Below the pieces are notes generated by a model. It saw nothing but the letters and a program-made list of their open reading frames with translations. It did not search any database and was not told the DNA's origin. This document shows, in pieces, positions 48,840 to 61,623 of a stretch of DNA of 64,000 bases (positions within the stretch are counted from its first letter, which is position 1; each line of letters opens with the position of its first letter). The translations under genes and the position numbers were made by a program. Source of the stretch: Phoronis australis (taxonomy: Eukaryota > Animalia > Phoronida); the NCBI GenBank assembly GCA_002633005.1, contig NMRA01000065.1:983066-1047065 (forward strand), read 5' to 3'.

Positions 48840-51800
48840 CGTCATCATCCTGGTCATTTTCTTGAACTCTTAGCTTTCGCATTCGCATTCATTACCACCT
48901 GTTCCTGTTCTATGAAATAATCCAGCACTCCATTAGGCATAACTTCAAAATCTAGCCACGTAACGTATAACGAAGAAAGCGAAAAAAGCTTTTAAAATGA
49001 AACTTGACGCCAACGGAACGGAATGACTGATATTTGTAAGTCGACCCACGCACAGGTCCTTGTGCATGCTAAGTGTTCTTCTATAAATGTCCCTCCCAGG
49101 AATCCATCGTTCCGTAAAATCTCACCAATTCCGATCGGACAAAAATATTCGCTTTTATCGTTGTTGCGAATGCGCTGAGTTTTTTAAACGTCTCCTAATC
49201 GTGACTGTGTTATAGAATTCTAAACTGACAAAACATTTGTTGTTGGTATTTTTCTCAACTGGAAACAAAGTGAAAATAAAGCAAATTTCACTTAATCGCC
49301 GTACCGGAAAGGATGCCCTAAAACGACGACACAAGAAATCAGCAATAAGGGCCGCCTTAACACCGCCTCAAGTATACCCTTTTTCTCCATTGTCGTCAGG
49401 TGTTTTTTGCAGAAAAGCGCTTTGTAAAACCTCTAAATTACCATTTCGCAATTAGTTCCCCGCTTCCTACAGGGAAATATTGGTTGTGAGAGTGCATTAA
49501 TATTAGAGCTGACAGACATTGCCACGTGCATTCATTTCATTACATGTCTTTCTCATCTACTCAACTGTTGAATTGATCAGCGGTGAGACTTCTGCGTATT
49601 GATTCTCGGCTCCAGTGTCCGGAAACTGAGCAATCGAGTAATTGGAAAACCCAGCTTAATCGCAGTTTTAGCGTGTGCGTAATAATTGCTAAAAAGAACA
49701 CGTCATCTCAGAAAAGGCAACACACCGTTAAATAGTGCCAGTTGGTATTCGCATGCAAGGCGAAAAATTCGCGAAAATTGTGCGTTGCAAATTATTCAAG
49801 TTTTGCAGGGCTGATTCACAACAAATGTGAGTATTTGATAATTCACAAGAAAACAACAATTCAACTGAAAAGTGACTGAAATATGATTATTAAAAAGGAT
49901 GTCATGTTGAATGAGCAACATTTCGAAAAATGTTTGTTTATCTTTTTAAATCTTTTATTTTTCAGAAGGCAAGACATAATTTCCTCGAAATAAACCTTTT
50001 CTAGTAAACATTTCAGATAAATTATTATTTTCTTATGGCCTGGCCTAATTAAACATTGAACATCACGCGCGCACCCAGCCTAAAGTGGGGTGGGAGGNCA
50101 GCTATGAATTGTGCGTTTGCCGAATTTTGATAGTTCTCTCTTTTTGGTGGATTTATGTCTCGTTTTCTACTTTTGTCGGAGTTCTTATTTCTCTGAGGCG
50201 GACGTTTTTGCCCACTTCGCCAAATGTCCAACCCCCGAGGCCCTCATGAACATTATTTTTGTTGTGAACCAGTCTTACACATTCCAGTTCGTGTTTGTCT
50301 AGATCTTAGTGAAGGTGATGTTTCTTAAAAAGGCCGGCTACATCTGTACTGTTCGAATGAAAACAATTTGCACCTGGTTTCAGGAACTGCGATAAGCTTC
50401 CCTTTGATTTCGCGTACATGAGTCACGTTATTGGATAATCTCTCCCTAAGGCAGGGCATCATTCAGTTATTAGCGTATCTTGATCGCACACGCTCCATAG
50501 ATTCACGTCTTACGTGTCTACACGTCATTTTGGGTACGCTTGTATAAGTAACACGTCAATCAATTACGTGACAAAAATTCCGACGCATTGGGTAATACGA
50601 AATTGATGGAAAATGTCCACCTCGTTGCACGTTTGTTGTCAAAACCATGGAAATGTCAAATTCTATAACGCTGTGTTTACAATCGCCGCATGTTCGAGAA
50701 ATTTCACAATTTCCTACCCGTGGGTTCCTTCAGGTTACAGACGGCGTCGATATAAAAACAACAAACACAGAACCTGTCACAGTAACAGCGCTAAACAATA
50801 CTTTTAATTCTTCACATTCCGATTGATATCAAACCACATGTCGGCTACTGAGCAATGTCGTCTGCTTTGTCGTACAACTGAGGACAACAATGAGCAAGTA
50901 TCTACCGCGTGCTTGTGTATTGAATGCGGCGAATGGCCGCAGTGAAATGGTGATTTACTCTGAATGGTAGATAACATTGTACGTAACTTTCCCCGATTAG
51001 TTCGACTATACTGTACAGTCAGTGCATGAAGTTTTTGTACAGTTGCCTGTTGCAAGACGAGATGGATAGGGGTGGGGTGTCTATTCTGAGACGCAATCGT
51101 AAGTATCTACCTTGTCAAGGTACTTTCCATCAGTTCCTATCTTGAAACCATTTCCCGCAAGGTATTACATCTTTTTTGTTATGCGCCGTTTAGCCGGTCA
51201 TATTGTGAGAGTACGTCGAAGTTCTATAGTTACTTGTCGTGCCAAGTCTTTACGCACGACACTTTTAAAGATAAGTACCCTTGTCGTCTTTGACGCGTAG
51301 GTACAGTGTAAATCTTTCTTGTAACCATGGAAACACCACTGGGAAGAGAGAATAGAGTCAATTAATGCAGCTTTAACACAGCCATTGATCACAAAAACAA
51401 CTTCTGATATAAATCACGTATCGTTATGAAATTAGTTAAATTTGAGGTGATTTCAGAGCTTCGGAAGAATTGACAGTTGGTTATTTTTCAGACGAAGCTC
51501 ATAAACTTTCATGTCGCGTCGTGATGGTAAGTGACCTAATTCTAACCTTGAAGTCTCACAGAAAGCATTTGTTTAATGCCGCTTTAAGTGAGGAAGAACT
51601 TGACAGTCTGATGACCGCTCATTTTGAAATTTTTGTGAATATGAGACATAAGCGTTTGTTGCATATCAGGAATCGTCATCACCAAAAACGAATGGAGTAA
51701 CACCCCCGTTACGTTCCGCCCCTCTCCCTACCTAGGTTAGAAAATTTGGAGTGTGTGTATTGAAAGACAAGTAGCTTCTCTGAGTGGTGAGGGTCACTTG

Positions 51801-54800
51801 CCAACTTATTACGAAACTTTTCAACAACAAATGAACAGCAGCAGGAGGATGTGACATGGAATGAGTTCTGTGGACGCGAGAATCTCGCGAAACCTCAAGC
51901 AAGATCTCCCCATACATTTACTACAAGTGAAACACATTAATACCGTAGCCTGTAGGCTATTCATATCAAAGCTGGTTTGAGCATGCTTTCATATGTGAAC
52001 TGAGCTGCCACCAGCAGGCCCGTGTTTGTATTTGGCCACTATTCCGTGCCTTCCCACCCGAGTTGCCCGCGCTTAGACCGATTTATACATAGAAAAGGTT
52101 CTCTCTAGATTATTTCAAAACCTACGAAATGCAATCTGATCCAGGGTGCAGACGAACTGCCGCATTTTATGTTAATGACCTCATAATGTCTGTTCATTTT
52201 TTTCGTACCGCACGTAATCATGTGTGACCGAGTAGACGAACCAGTATTGCAGTTGGGAAATTGATTTAATTCGCATCCTGGTATGTGAAACGCACTGCTA
52301 GCGACACCTTATTTGAAAATTCTCGCTGTCATTAACGACGGTATCAGTATATGCAATGAAAATCCTGAAACAAAATGCGTATTCCCGTTATTGAACTATT
52401 TGTAAGTTTCCATCAATAAGTCGAAAACAGTCACATTGTTACGAGTCACTAGAGTGGACGATGTCAATAATCATGTGTTTTGATTGGTGGTTGAAAAAAT
52501 AAAAGACAGGATGTGATTTAGATTGTTGTAATAGAGCTTGTAGTAACAACTGTCATCACTGTGCAGGAGATGGTTCAAGTTTAGTGGGGTCCTTCTTGTT
52601 AATTCACAGTTCCACAGGATATCCATGTATGCGGAAGAGTAGTCTAGTGAAAACGATACTTCCCGATACACTAAGCTGGCACGCAGTATCTCAAATCCCT
52701 AATTCCCATCTTGGGACCATGCAACATTTTTCGGCACATGCGCACTGGTCCGTGATGGAGCACGTAATATTGAGGGTGTACGCGCATGTCATTCATATTT
52801 GCATACATGGTATTGACCATCGTACAGGGACATTTTTGATGTCTATGTAGCACTGACTCTAGCCAACAGATGAGAGTATCGAATACGACAGTCAGGCGGG
52901 AAATTCTAATAATACTGTAGGTTTTCTCAGACAAGTAATTGCAGGACACGTTGTTGAACACATTTTACTCCAGTGTAGACTGCTTGATCGTTGGCTACGA
53001 CCAATGCTTTTTCAGGCATGCATAACTTGTTTTAGTAGAACACATGACTGAAAGGGGCACTAATCCCACGTCTTCTGTCAAAATGTCCCTTTTAGTTCTT
53101 TAGTGTAAATAAATATGATTTCAAAACTTGGGTAGCTCGTTTTTGCTTCAGACTAGGCACAAGAAATTCTAAATCGGTGGTCAAGCTGGGTTAGTTTCAG
53201 CCGCCGGTGCAGCAAGGCTGTAAGGGGAATTCCAAGTGTTTTACTATTGCAGTCGAGTTTACTCAAGCAAGCGATAAAAGCACGATGGCGTTGTTTTGGA
53301 AGAGCAAGTGCGCATGTGTAGGATGCCGTTTTTTTACACCAGAACGTGGCCTCCAGCGGCTCCAGATTGAATTAATTTACCTGATCTCCGATAACCATAA
53401 TAATTTACGCATGTATATATTGAATTATTATAATACAAATGTTTATATTGATATATATAAATATTCTCAAAGGTTTATTGGTGAATCACCGCAAGAAATG
53501 TGCGTTTCCGAGGCCGACTGAAGTAGAAAAGGTGGCGCTGGCTTGCCAAAAGATATGTTTAAAACTATTATAGAATATACACAAAGGACAGACACTTTTT
53601 CACTTATGCTGTACTTTTTCTCAAAAAGTAAGTGTCTGTTATCTCGACCCCGCCACGAAGGTAAACAATGCAGTGAGATTATCTCTTGTCAGCTACTGAT
53701 GACGTCATTGGCGATAGGTACAGACGATGTTAGGTCATACTCGTGTTACCATTCAGCCTCGCTCGTGAAGGCGGCAATTTTTTTGGTTATTTGGCAGAGC
53801 TCAAGACATTGGAATTCTCTAAGTGAAATCCTAGCTTAGTCATGACAAGGTTTTAATGTTTGGTTTCGTAAAGAAATAAATGTGCAAACACGAACCCAGC
53901 ACACAGCCTACTTAGGCCTACAGTTTTAGTTTACGTCGCCATTTTCACCAGTGGCTGGTGAACATGTTCATTCTGTATGATTTTGCTTCTTAAACTTGTA
54001 GCTTCACTTGCTCGCCGGTGGAGCATGGTGCTTTAATTTATTTGTGTACTGCGAGAACTCCCTATGACGAGAACTCCCTATGACATTTTAGAGTGCATTT
54101 CTGCTCAACTGTTGTCCTCCCCTAAATGTCGATCATATTTTCTTATCCTAACATATCTGTTGATATAATTTATGCTTTTAGTACGCGGTCAATGTCAGGT
54201 GAAATATCAAATTCCAAACACATTTTTGAGAATATGACCTTATTGAGTTTGTTCATCGCAAAGTAAGTGTCGACTTAGACTGAGCCTCATACAGGGAAAA
54301 AAGAATGGTTCACTTTTTAATTTAAAACGGTTGAATTGAATTCTGGTGGTAGTTTATCAAACTACGTGAAAGAAGGCATTGCATTCCTTGGTCAAAAATT
54401 GTTTCGCATAAAAAGTAACGCCATTTTGTTGTAAAATATAGAGAGTTAATTTCGAATGCAGCTAGACTTGGCCGAAAACCCTGCAGGAAAATATCAACAG
54501 TCTTGATAGTCGTGGTCCACAATGCAAATAACGGGGCATTGCATTAGACGCGGCTCATAATAAAACATATCTTTCTTATAGAATTTTTAATTCTAAACAC
54601 CCTTTATGCCCTTTGGTATAGCGATGAATGGTCATACGTAAGTAGATATTATTCTCCAAATAACCCAACTTGAAAACCCTGTTAGTTTAATAGGTCACGT
54701 GGTTTACGACGTTCCTGTAATTCTATGGAGCAGAAAAACTGTTGATAAAATTTTAAAAAATGACTTTTCGAACAAACCTGGGTATTACATGCTAATTTTT

Positions 54801-55034
54801 AAGTGAAATTACGTTGAAATACACACAAACAATGTAATATGTCTCAAATGTACGAGAAATTTGAACAAATAGAACAGTTTCAATTATTCTAAAAGCTTCC
54901 CCTATAATTTATTGGAACCTACTGCTAGGTACACAGTAGTTGCTCGAGTTCCGTCGATAGCTGTATAAACGCTGTCAATATAATGGCTGATTCCGAGGTT
55001 TTGGATATATTTGAGTGAACCATAACATTGGATA

Positions 55035-55113
55035 ATGTCGGATTCATCTCACAGTTTACCTCGGTATACCGACTGGAACGGTATGATGGTCGAATTGTTC
55101 GATCTGAACGCAG
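55035..55113 (+). CDS. Candidate alternative first coding exon
   Basis: ATG TCG GAT... encodes MSDSSHSLPRYTDWNGMMVELFDLNA, then G|gtaagt (phase 1), in a CpG-richer patch. Confidence 0.35.
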
Positions 55114-57931
55114 GTAAGTCGATCGCTACTAGGCCAGGTAACAATTCAGCCATTGGATGAATGCCTGTCGAAGAACATGGCGTCGTCCTGTGTGTGATTT
55201 CAAGCGGACTGTTCACATAATTTGTGTGAGACTTTGGAAAGCATCAGCTGTTTTAGTGAGGATGGGGAAAGTATGAATGAAGTATCCACTTTGTTTATTC
55301 AGGGGGTTTACATGCAGCCCAATGTGGCATTGCATACGTTTTCCCTTCGCTTAGCCTGCCTTCCGCTGTCCTTGATCTTGCGCTCAATCTCCTTGCTGTC
55401 CTTATTGTCTTTTGCTTTATGACTTTGTATGCTTCAGCGTTTAGCATCTAAGTTTCTTGTCATTCTTTTCCTGAATTGTCCCTTCCGTTTTCTCCTCTGA
55501 TCGGGCGTTACTGGTTCTCCAAATCCGGGACTCCTGTAAGTGACTAAGCCAGTCTGTCACCACAAAAGACAAATTTAGACCACTGACTTACGATTATGAA
55601 CACACCTCCTTAGTGCAACACACAATTTCTGCACTGCAAAACCATTGTTATAAATACCAGTTTAATTTGTAAAATTGAATTTACAGTATCCGATAACCAT
55701 TAAGTCTTATTGCACAAAGCACCACCCTTTAATCAAGATCCAGTCAGATGGAAATGCATACTTTGTTTCCATAGGAACAGTTTCAGACCAGTCTTGTTCA
55801 GATGTTATGCAATGATTTATATACCATTCAAACTTTAAAGAGGTGTCTAGGTAATGTATGGATGACACAGGTGGGCTACCACAATGTCCATTTAGTAGGA
55901 CAATCACATACACGGTACATCATAAAAAGGTGTGCGATTTTTGGACCCCCTGGGCCCAAACCCTAACACCGCTTATGGGTGAGTAACATTGTACTCATCT
56001 CACTCACTCTTGGCAAATAAACGTCCTAAAACAGAAGAACATGGCTTTTTTCGAAATAGCTACCTGTTTTCTTTGCTTTATAAATTTCCCCCATCTAAAC
56101 AAACTGACGTCATTGCTAACACTGTACAAACTAAAATTGTGAATGAGCCTAGTAGTGCTGGTCTGTTTTTAGAAACTGTCATAAACAGAGTGGGGATAGA
56201 ACAATTTGTGCAAACTGTTCTGTTTATTTAAAAGCCACAAGAAGCATTACCATTGTCACTTTTCACCCCTCTAGCCAAGGTTGCCTTTTTGACCCATTGG
56301 CATAAAATACTTGAAGTGTACCAAATAAAGTAGCATCTGTTTACTCGTGGGACCCCAAAAATCAGCAAATTGTTAATGCTTTTGTTCTGAAAACTGCATT
56401 TTTTTAATCAAATAGTTTGACAGAAAAAATAGAATTGTATGGTTCTAGGTTAAGCCATGCACTCTTTAGTGATTATATATAAACTGTTGATGTCATACAT
56501 GTTCTGTGCAACTTGATATTTCGCTGAACCATGGCTGTCAGATTAAGTTTTGAAATCAAGGAATCTTCCTCTGCAAAACGTGCTTATTGTGAGCGATTAA
56601 TTGGAGTTTAAATAAATGTACCATTAAATGAGCACTATTTCTTTGTAAAGCATCCAGTGAGCCATACAATTTGATTTGTCATTGTTTATCCACAAGACAG
56701 GATTGGGTCATGTAAATGGTGCAGCTGTTACTGTCAAAGCTTTGGGGCAAAGTTATGGCAAACAGATCATGACCTCTAATTTGGCATTTTTCCACCTTGC
56801 TTCTGCTTAAGGGGAATTCAAGGACCAATGGTGCATTATCTCCCTTGCCCTTTATTGCTTTAATTCCCATTTGGATTGTTACAAATCTGAAATTGTTATT
56901 ATCATTAATTATTGTTTTTATGCCCAATAATTGACGCAAGTGCAAATCTAGTATGCTTTGAACTTGATAAGGTGAAGATTTGTGCTTAAAGCAAAAATGC
57001 TGACATGGTATTTGATAAGTTTGCCAAGTCTGAAAATAGACAGAGTTGCTTCATTAAACAAGCCTCACCATTTCTGCCTTTGTGATATGAAGTTAACTTT
57101 CTCTGAATAATTCCTAACAAAGGTCAATTTTGAGTTTTTGTTGTGAACTAATTAAGTCAAGTTGTGGCTGGTGAAATTTAATACTTCCAGACATTCAGAG
57201 TGACATTTCGGTGAAAACTTTCAGAGATGGAAATGTTCCATCCAGTATTGATTTACGATTGAGTAAATTTTCTGTAATTTTTGCCAGTTTGTTTTTGTCC
57301 TTTTTGACCTTATGCATGCTTACAACTTTAGTGAATTTAATGAGATATTTACAGTTGAATTCTTTATAATTTTTGAAATTGTGTATAAATGAGGTATATG
57401 GACACCCTAATTTATAAACCGCTTCCTTATGGAAAGCAGATAACTCTATCTATCTTAAGCCACATTTACAGAGGCGCAGTTGACACTGGGCTGCTTACAC
57501 GGAATAGCTGATTGGGTGCAAGTATGTGTGTAAACACGACTGACACGGAGAGAGTTGACACTGTGGTGGCCATTTTTGATACTGGTTTATGAGGTAGAGC
57601 AAGTTGCACCCGATCAGTTGCTTCAGTGTCACCTACATGTCTAAACACAAACAGGGACAAGGCATCTCTCTCCTGCTTGTTCAATATCTATGGATGATCT
57701 GCTAGCATTTCTTGAGGTGTGGATGTTTATTGCAATTAATGCAAGTATGCACCACCAGTCTTTGTGTAAATGGCTTGCTTATCCAGTTTGTGATCTAGTG
57801 TCTTGTTAATGGGACTAAAATGCAGAGCAATTCACCACGTCATACATGTACCTTTATACAACATTGTACTGCTAGAAGCTAGAGGATAACTTCTGTTTTT
57901 GAGGATTCGCACGTTTTTATTGTAAAGTGGT

Positions 57932-58087
57932 CAGTGGTGTAGTGGTAAAATTAGAGGTAAGTAGGCGCCCAAAGCCCACCGTATCTCCTTGAGCACTGAA
58001 CGTAACTTACGGTGCGTAGGTGCTACGTTCAAATGCCAAAAGACAGTGGGCTGCGCCTACGTGTGCCTACGCCCCACTACAGCACTG
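57932..58087. mobile_element. hAT-type MITE
   Basis: TIR cagtggtgtagtgg / ccactacagcactg; 8-bp flanks aaagtggt / aaagtcat. Confidence 0.7.
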
Positions 58088-61000
58088 AAAGTCATCCTGG
58101 GATGTTTTGAAACTTTATTTATCTCCTGTGAATGTAGACAGTTTCATAATGCTGTATGCAGGCCTGGGTAAAAATGAACGTTGCATTCATGCATGTTGAT
58201 CTGTTGAATGTGGATTCCTGGCTGTTTATTTCAGACTACTACCGGTAACATAAACCCTTTGGTGTTCAACACATTGTCATTCAGTGGGAACGCTTAAATT
58301 TGGCCATAGAGTTAAGTTAAAAAGAGGGGTGCAGCCACAATTTCCAAAGAAAAAAATGTCAACGTAACCTCAGTAATAAGAGCGACATGTTGATGCCTTT
58401 TTTGGTCGTGTTTGTGAGGTTAGGGGTAGCTCCACCTCACTGCCATTGTGCTGTTTGTGTCATTACATTAAAGGCTAGAATATTGATGTGAGTGAAGTAC
58501 TGCATGTAATGGTAAAGCTCAAGTTAATTTTGCTGTTTCCATTGACACACATGAGAATGAGTGGGAAAGGACCTCTGTAGTTAGGTGCTGGTCCTTATGT
58601 AATGACCCATGTTAGCAACTGCTGCTGGTATGATGAGCTAGAAAATAGTGCAGGGCTTGGCTCTAGGAAGGTATAAGTGAGGATCACAGACTCCTGTACA
58701 GTTTTGCATCTCAAAATGTCAAATTTCATTTGGCAGTGAGACTGTGTGAGCTAGACAATATTCTCAGCATCAGAGATGAACAACCTGTGCACTGGCTGAC
58801 CTACCTGTATTTCACCTGTCTATGTGTATTATGTAATTGCTAGGCTTTGTACAAATACATCATTTGCCACTGGATCAAAGGTGCATTGTTTTGCCAAGTG
58901 ATTAGTGTCACAAAATTACTTGTGGGTTGAGTGCTATGATAACACACCAACACCCTTTTTGTTATGTGGAACAAGTGAACAGAGTCATATTAATATTTAA
59001 TTACTCAAATTAAGTAAACACTTTGGCAGTGCACAGTTGATAGCCATTCTGGTAAGTCTGTTATGACAGTTTCTTTATCTAAGCTAAGCTATAGTCTGTT
59101 CTCTGCACCAAACTAATACTTAAACAATTTTCAAATGTATCACAAATTCTATTGTAAAACATTGTGAAAAATTGTGGGATTTGGAACAGGTACAGTTAGA
59201 AACTTTTGAAAAAGGACATAGCTGTTCTAAGGATTTTTTCTAGAATTGATGAGCAGACTTTTTTGGACAGCAGGACATGAAGATGTAGACACCTGTAGGC
59301 TTGGATAGAATATATAGGTTTTCACAGCTTCCAAATCGAGACAATCCAAGGTTGCTATATTTTCTTCACCTATTTGGTGCACAATATGGCCGACAAATTT
59401 CTCCATAAAAATAAAGATTAAAAGAATATTAGTCTATTGCTAGCAGGGTTTGTACTGCGTGGGTGTCACAAAACAACTTTTAGTAATTGGAATGAAAAAC
59501 GACATAAGTGGAGAATTACCGTAAAGATACTCAATATTGTGGTACGGACCGTACATGCAAAATTTCACTTTTTGTTCCTCTGTCTAGTGGATGTGTTTTC
59601 TCCTAGCTGTTTTCTGCGATAATATTCAGCGCACGCCTTCTGGGTCAATACAAGACAGAGCTGTCAATGTTGGAAAGCATGCTTGTGGTGGTTATCAGTC
59701 CCTGTTTTACATTAACTGTCTGAAACTGTGCTTGTTTGATTAAAGTACCCAGGTCTGATGTTTATCAGCATTTTTTGCTTCAGTTGCCCAGGGCTCTGTG
59801 TGGCATGCTCAAATTTTTGGCTTCAGAGAGTTTAGAAACCTTTTACCAATCCTTTGTAGTGCATGTCTGCTTGTGTATATGTGCTTGCATATGCACTAAG
59901 TTGTAATCACAGTGGAATGCTGGTTTTGACTGGGCTGGGGTACTCAACTGTTATTTTTGGGAGTGGTGTACAGCTGAAAAATTAAGAATAAATTAGACGC
60001 GTCCTAACTGTTTAGAGAGTGGGCTCAACAGCAAAGGGTCCATGTGCTCCTCCTTTCATAAAATTTTGCTCCATAAAGACCACATGTTCCAACGGTTGCA
60101 CCCGTATGGGTCCGCGACGTGAGATTGACCGAATCCATGGCCAGGTAATAATTTTCGAAGTGCTTTGTAATTCGCAGCGCTTTGTAAATCTGGGCAAATT
60201 ATTATTATTGTTTTTAATTTTTGACATTTTAATTTTACTTGACTTGGTCCACAGCGTCAAAATGACGTCATACTAAACATGCGAATTGAAATTGCCTATC
60301 CAGAGAACAACCCTCTGTGAAGCTTTGGGTACTTCTAAATGGCTGTCTTCTGGCTACCAATAGTATTCTTTAAAAAGCTGATTAAGTTGGGTCTTACTCT
60401 AAATGGATTACATTTTGATGAACTGTGATTATTCTTTTGTACTCTCTTAGCGCTTTGGCTCTCTTTTTAATCCTACTCTTTGTTGGCGAAGATTTCACAG
60501 GATAATGAGCCTCTCTAAGTTGACAGCTACCTGTTTTGTTTGTTTTCTGTATCTATTTGTTTTTGGCAGTAAACCAAATGTTGCTGGACATGGAGGGATA
60601 CTATGGTTTGTTGTAAGGTAAAGAATTAAGATGCCTTGGATTTGAACGCACAGAATTGCTAAAATTGATATTTTTGACCTTTTATGGGCCACATACCTTG
60701 CTACAAGATTGTTTCTTAATGCGGGGAAGGTTCAATACTTTGGCGATTGTCATTGGGTGACACCTGACTGTGTAGTAAAAAGCCTGGTAACATTAAACAA
60801 ATTTGATTAAACACCCAGCATTAGGTAGGAATTTTAATTTTATGAAAAGGTATGATTCCAAATTTGTTTTTATTTGATATCTTTTTCGTCTTTGTGAATG
60901 TTCATCTTAATGTTGATCAGGTTTTCGTGTATTTGAACTTCTTGCACTTATTTTTACTCAGTTTCACACGTGTCCTTAACAAATTTGGAGTTACATCCCC

Positions 61001-61527
61001 TGACCAGTCATATTTGCCATTCTCTTACTGGTATTCACCTGGTTCTATTGTGTTTCCTTCTTTTGTTTACAGTCCAAGAAAAACATTCTACTAACCCCAT
61101 GTTTAGTAAACTCCTTCAAATGGATTTGTAAACAATTTTTGTATTCAGGAACAGAAAACAATGCAGTCTTTCATCCCTTGGCCAATGCTGTTGGTTGGTT
61201 TTGCCAGTTTATAAACCCAGTTCTTTGTCTCATGCTGATTGGCTGCATTCAGCCATCGGTGCACAGGGGGTATATTACTGAATAGCACAGTCCCTCGCTT
61301 TGTCCACTTTTCTCTGTTTACCATGATTTCCCAGCGATTAGGTATCAGATAACATTTTATAACAGTGAAATTGAAAGGTACAAACATCTACTTCACCTGC
61401 TGCCGACTCCCGCTGAGTATATATGTATTGTATATACGGTATGTATTTCATTCATAACTTGGCCCGCCTTGAGAAATGCTCCACTCTGCTCAGGTCAGGC
61501 TACTATATTGACTTGCTGTCCATTCAG

Positions 61528-61623
61528 ACTTGTGGAGTTTAGTTGAGGGTGTCGGAGTCCCAATGGTTTATCAGGAATGTGCTCATCTGCCTCCAGGTGT
61601 CTCTCAGTTACGCCACCTGTTTG
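61528..61623 (+). CDS. Candidate exon (internal, or first from ATG 61563)
   Basis: ccattcag|AC TTG TGG... encodes LWSLVEGVGVPMVYQECAHLPPGVSQLRHLF, then G|gtaagt; 96 nt, phase 1/1. Confidence 0.3.

Noticed and set aside
51491-51526. Short AG...GT-bounded segment as an exon of the right-hand gene
   Set aside because: 35 nt, which breaks the phase-1 pattern, and there is no other support.
55330-55435. Minus-strand peptide SKEIERKIKDSGRQAKR resembling a G-alpha N-terminus
   Set aside because: No following KLLLLG/P-loop, an upstream in-frame stop, and no acceptor or ATG.
57947-57963. 17-nt identity (aaaattagaggtaagta) with the candidate microexon donor at 45116-45132
   Set aside because: No extended similarity; this copy lies inside a hAT MITE. 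Treated as chance, though it lowers confidence in the microexon.
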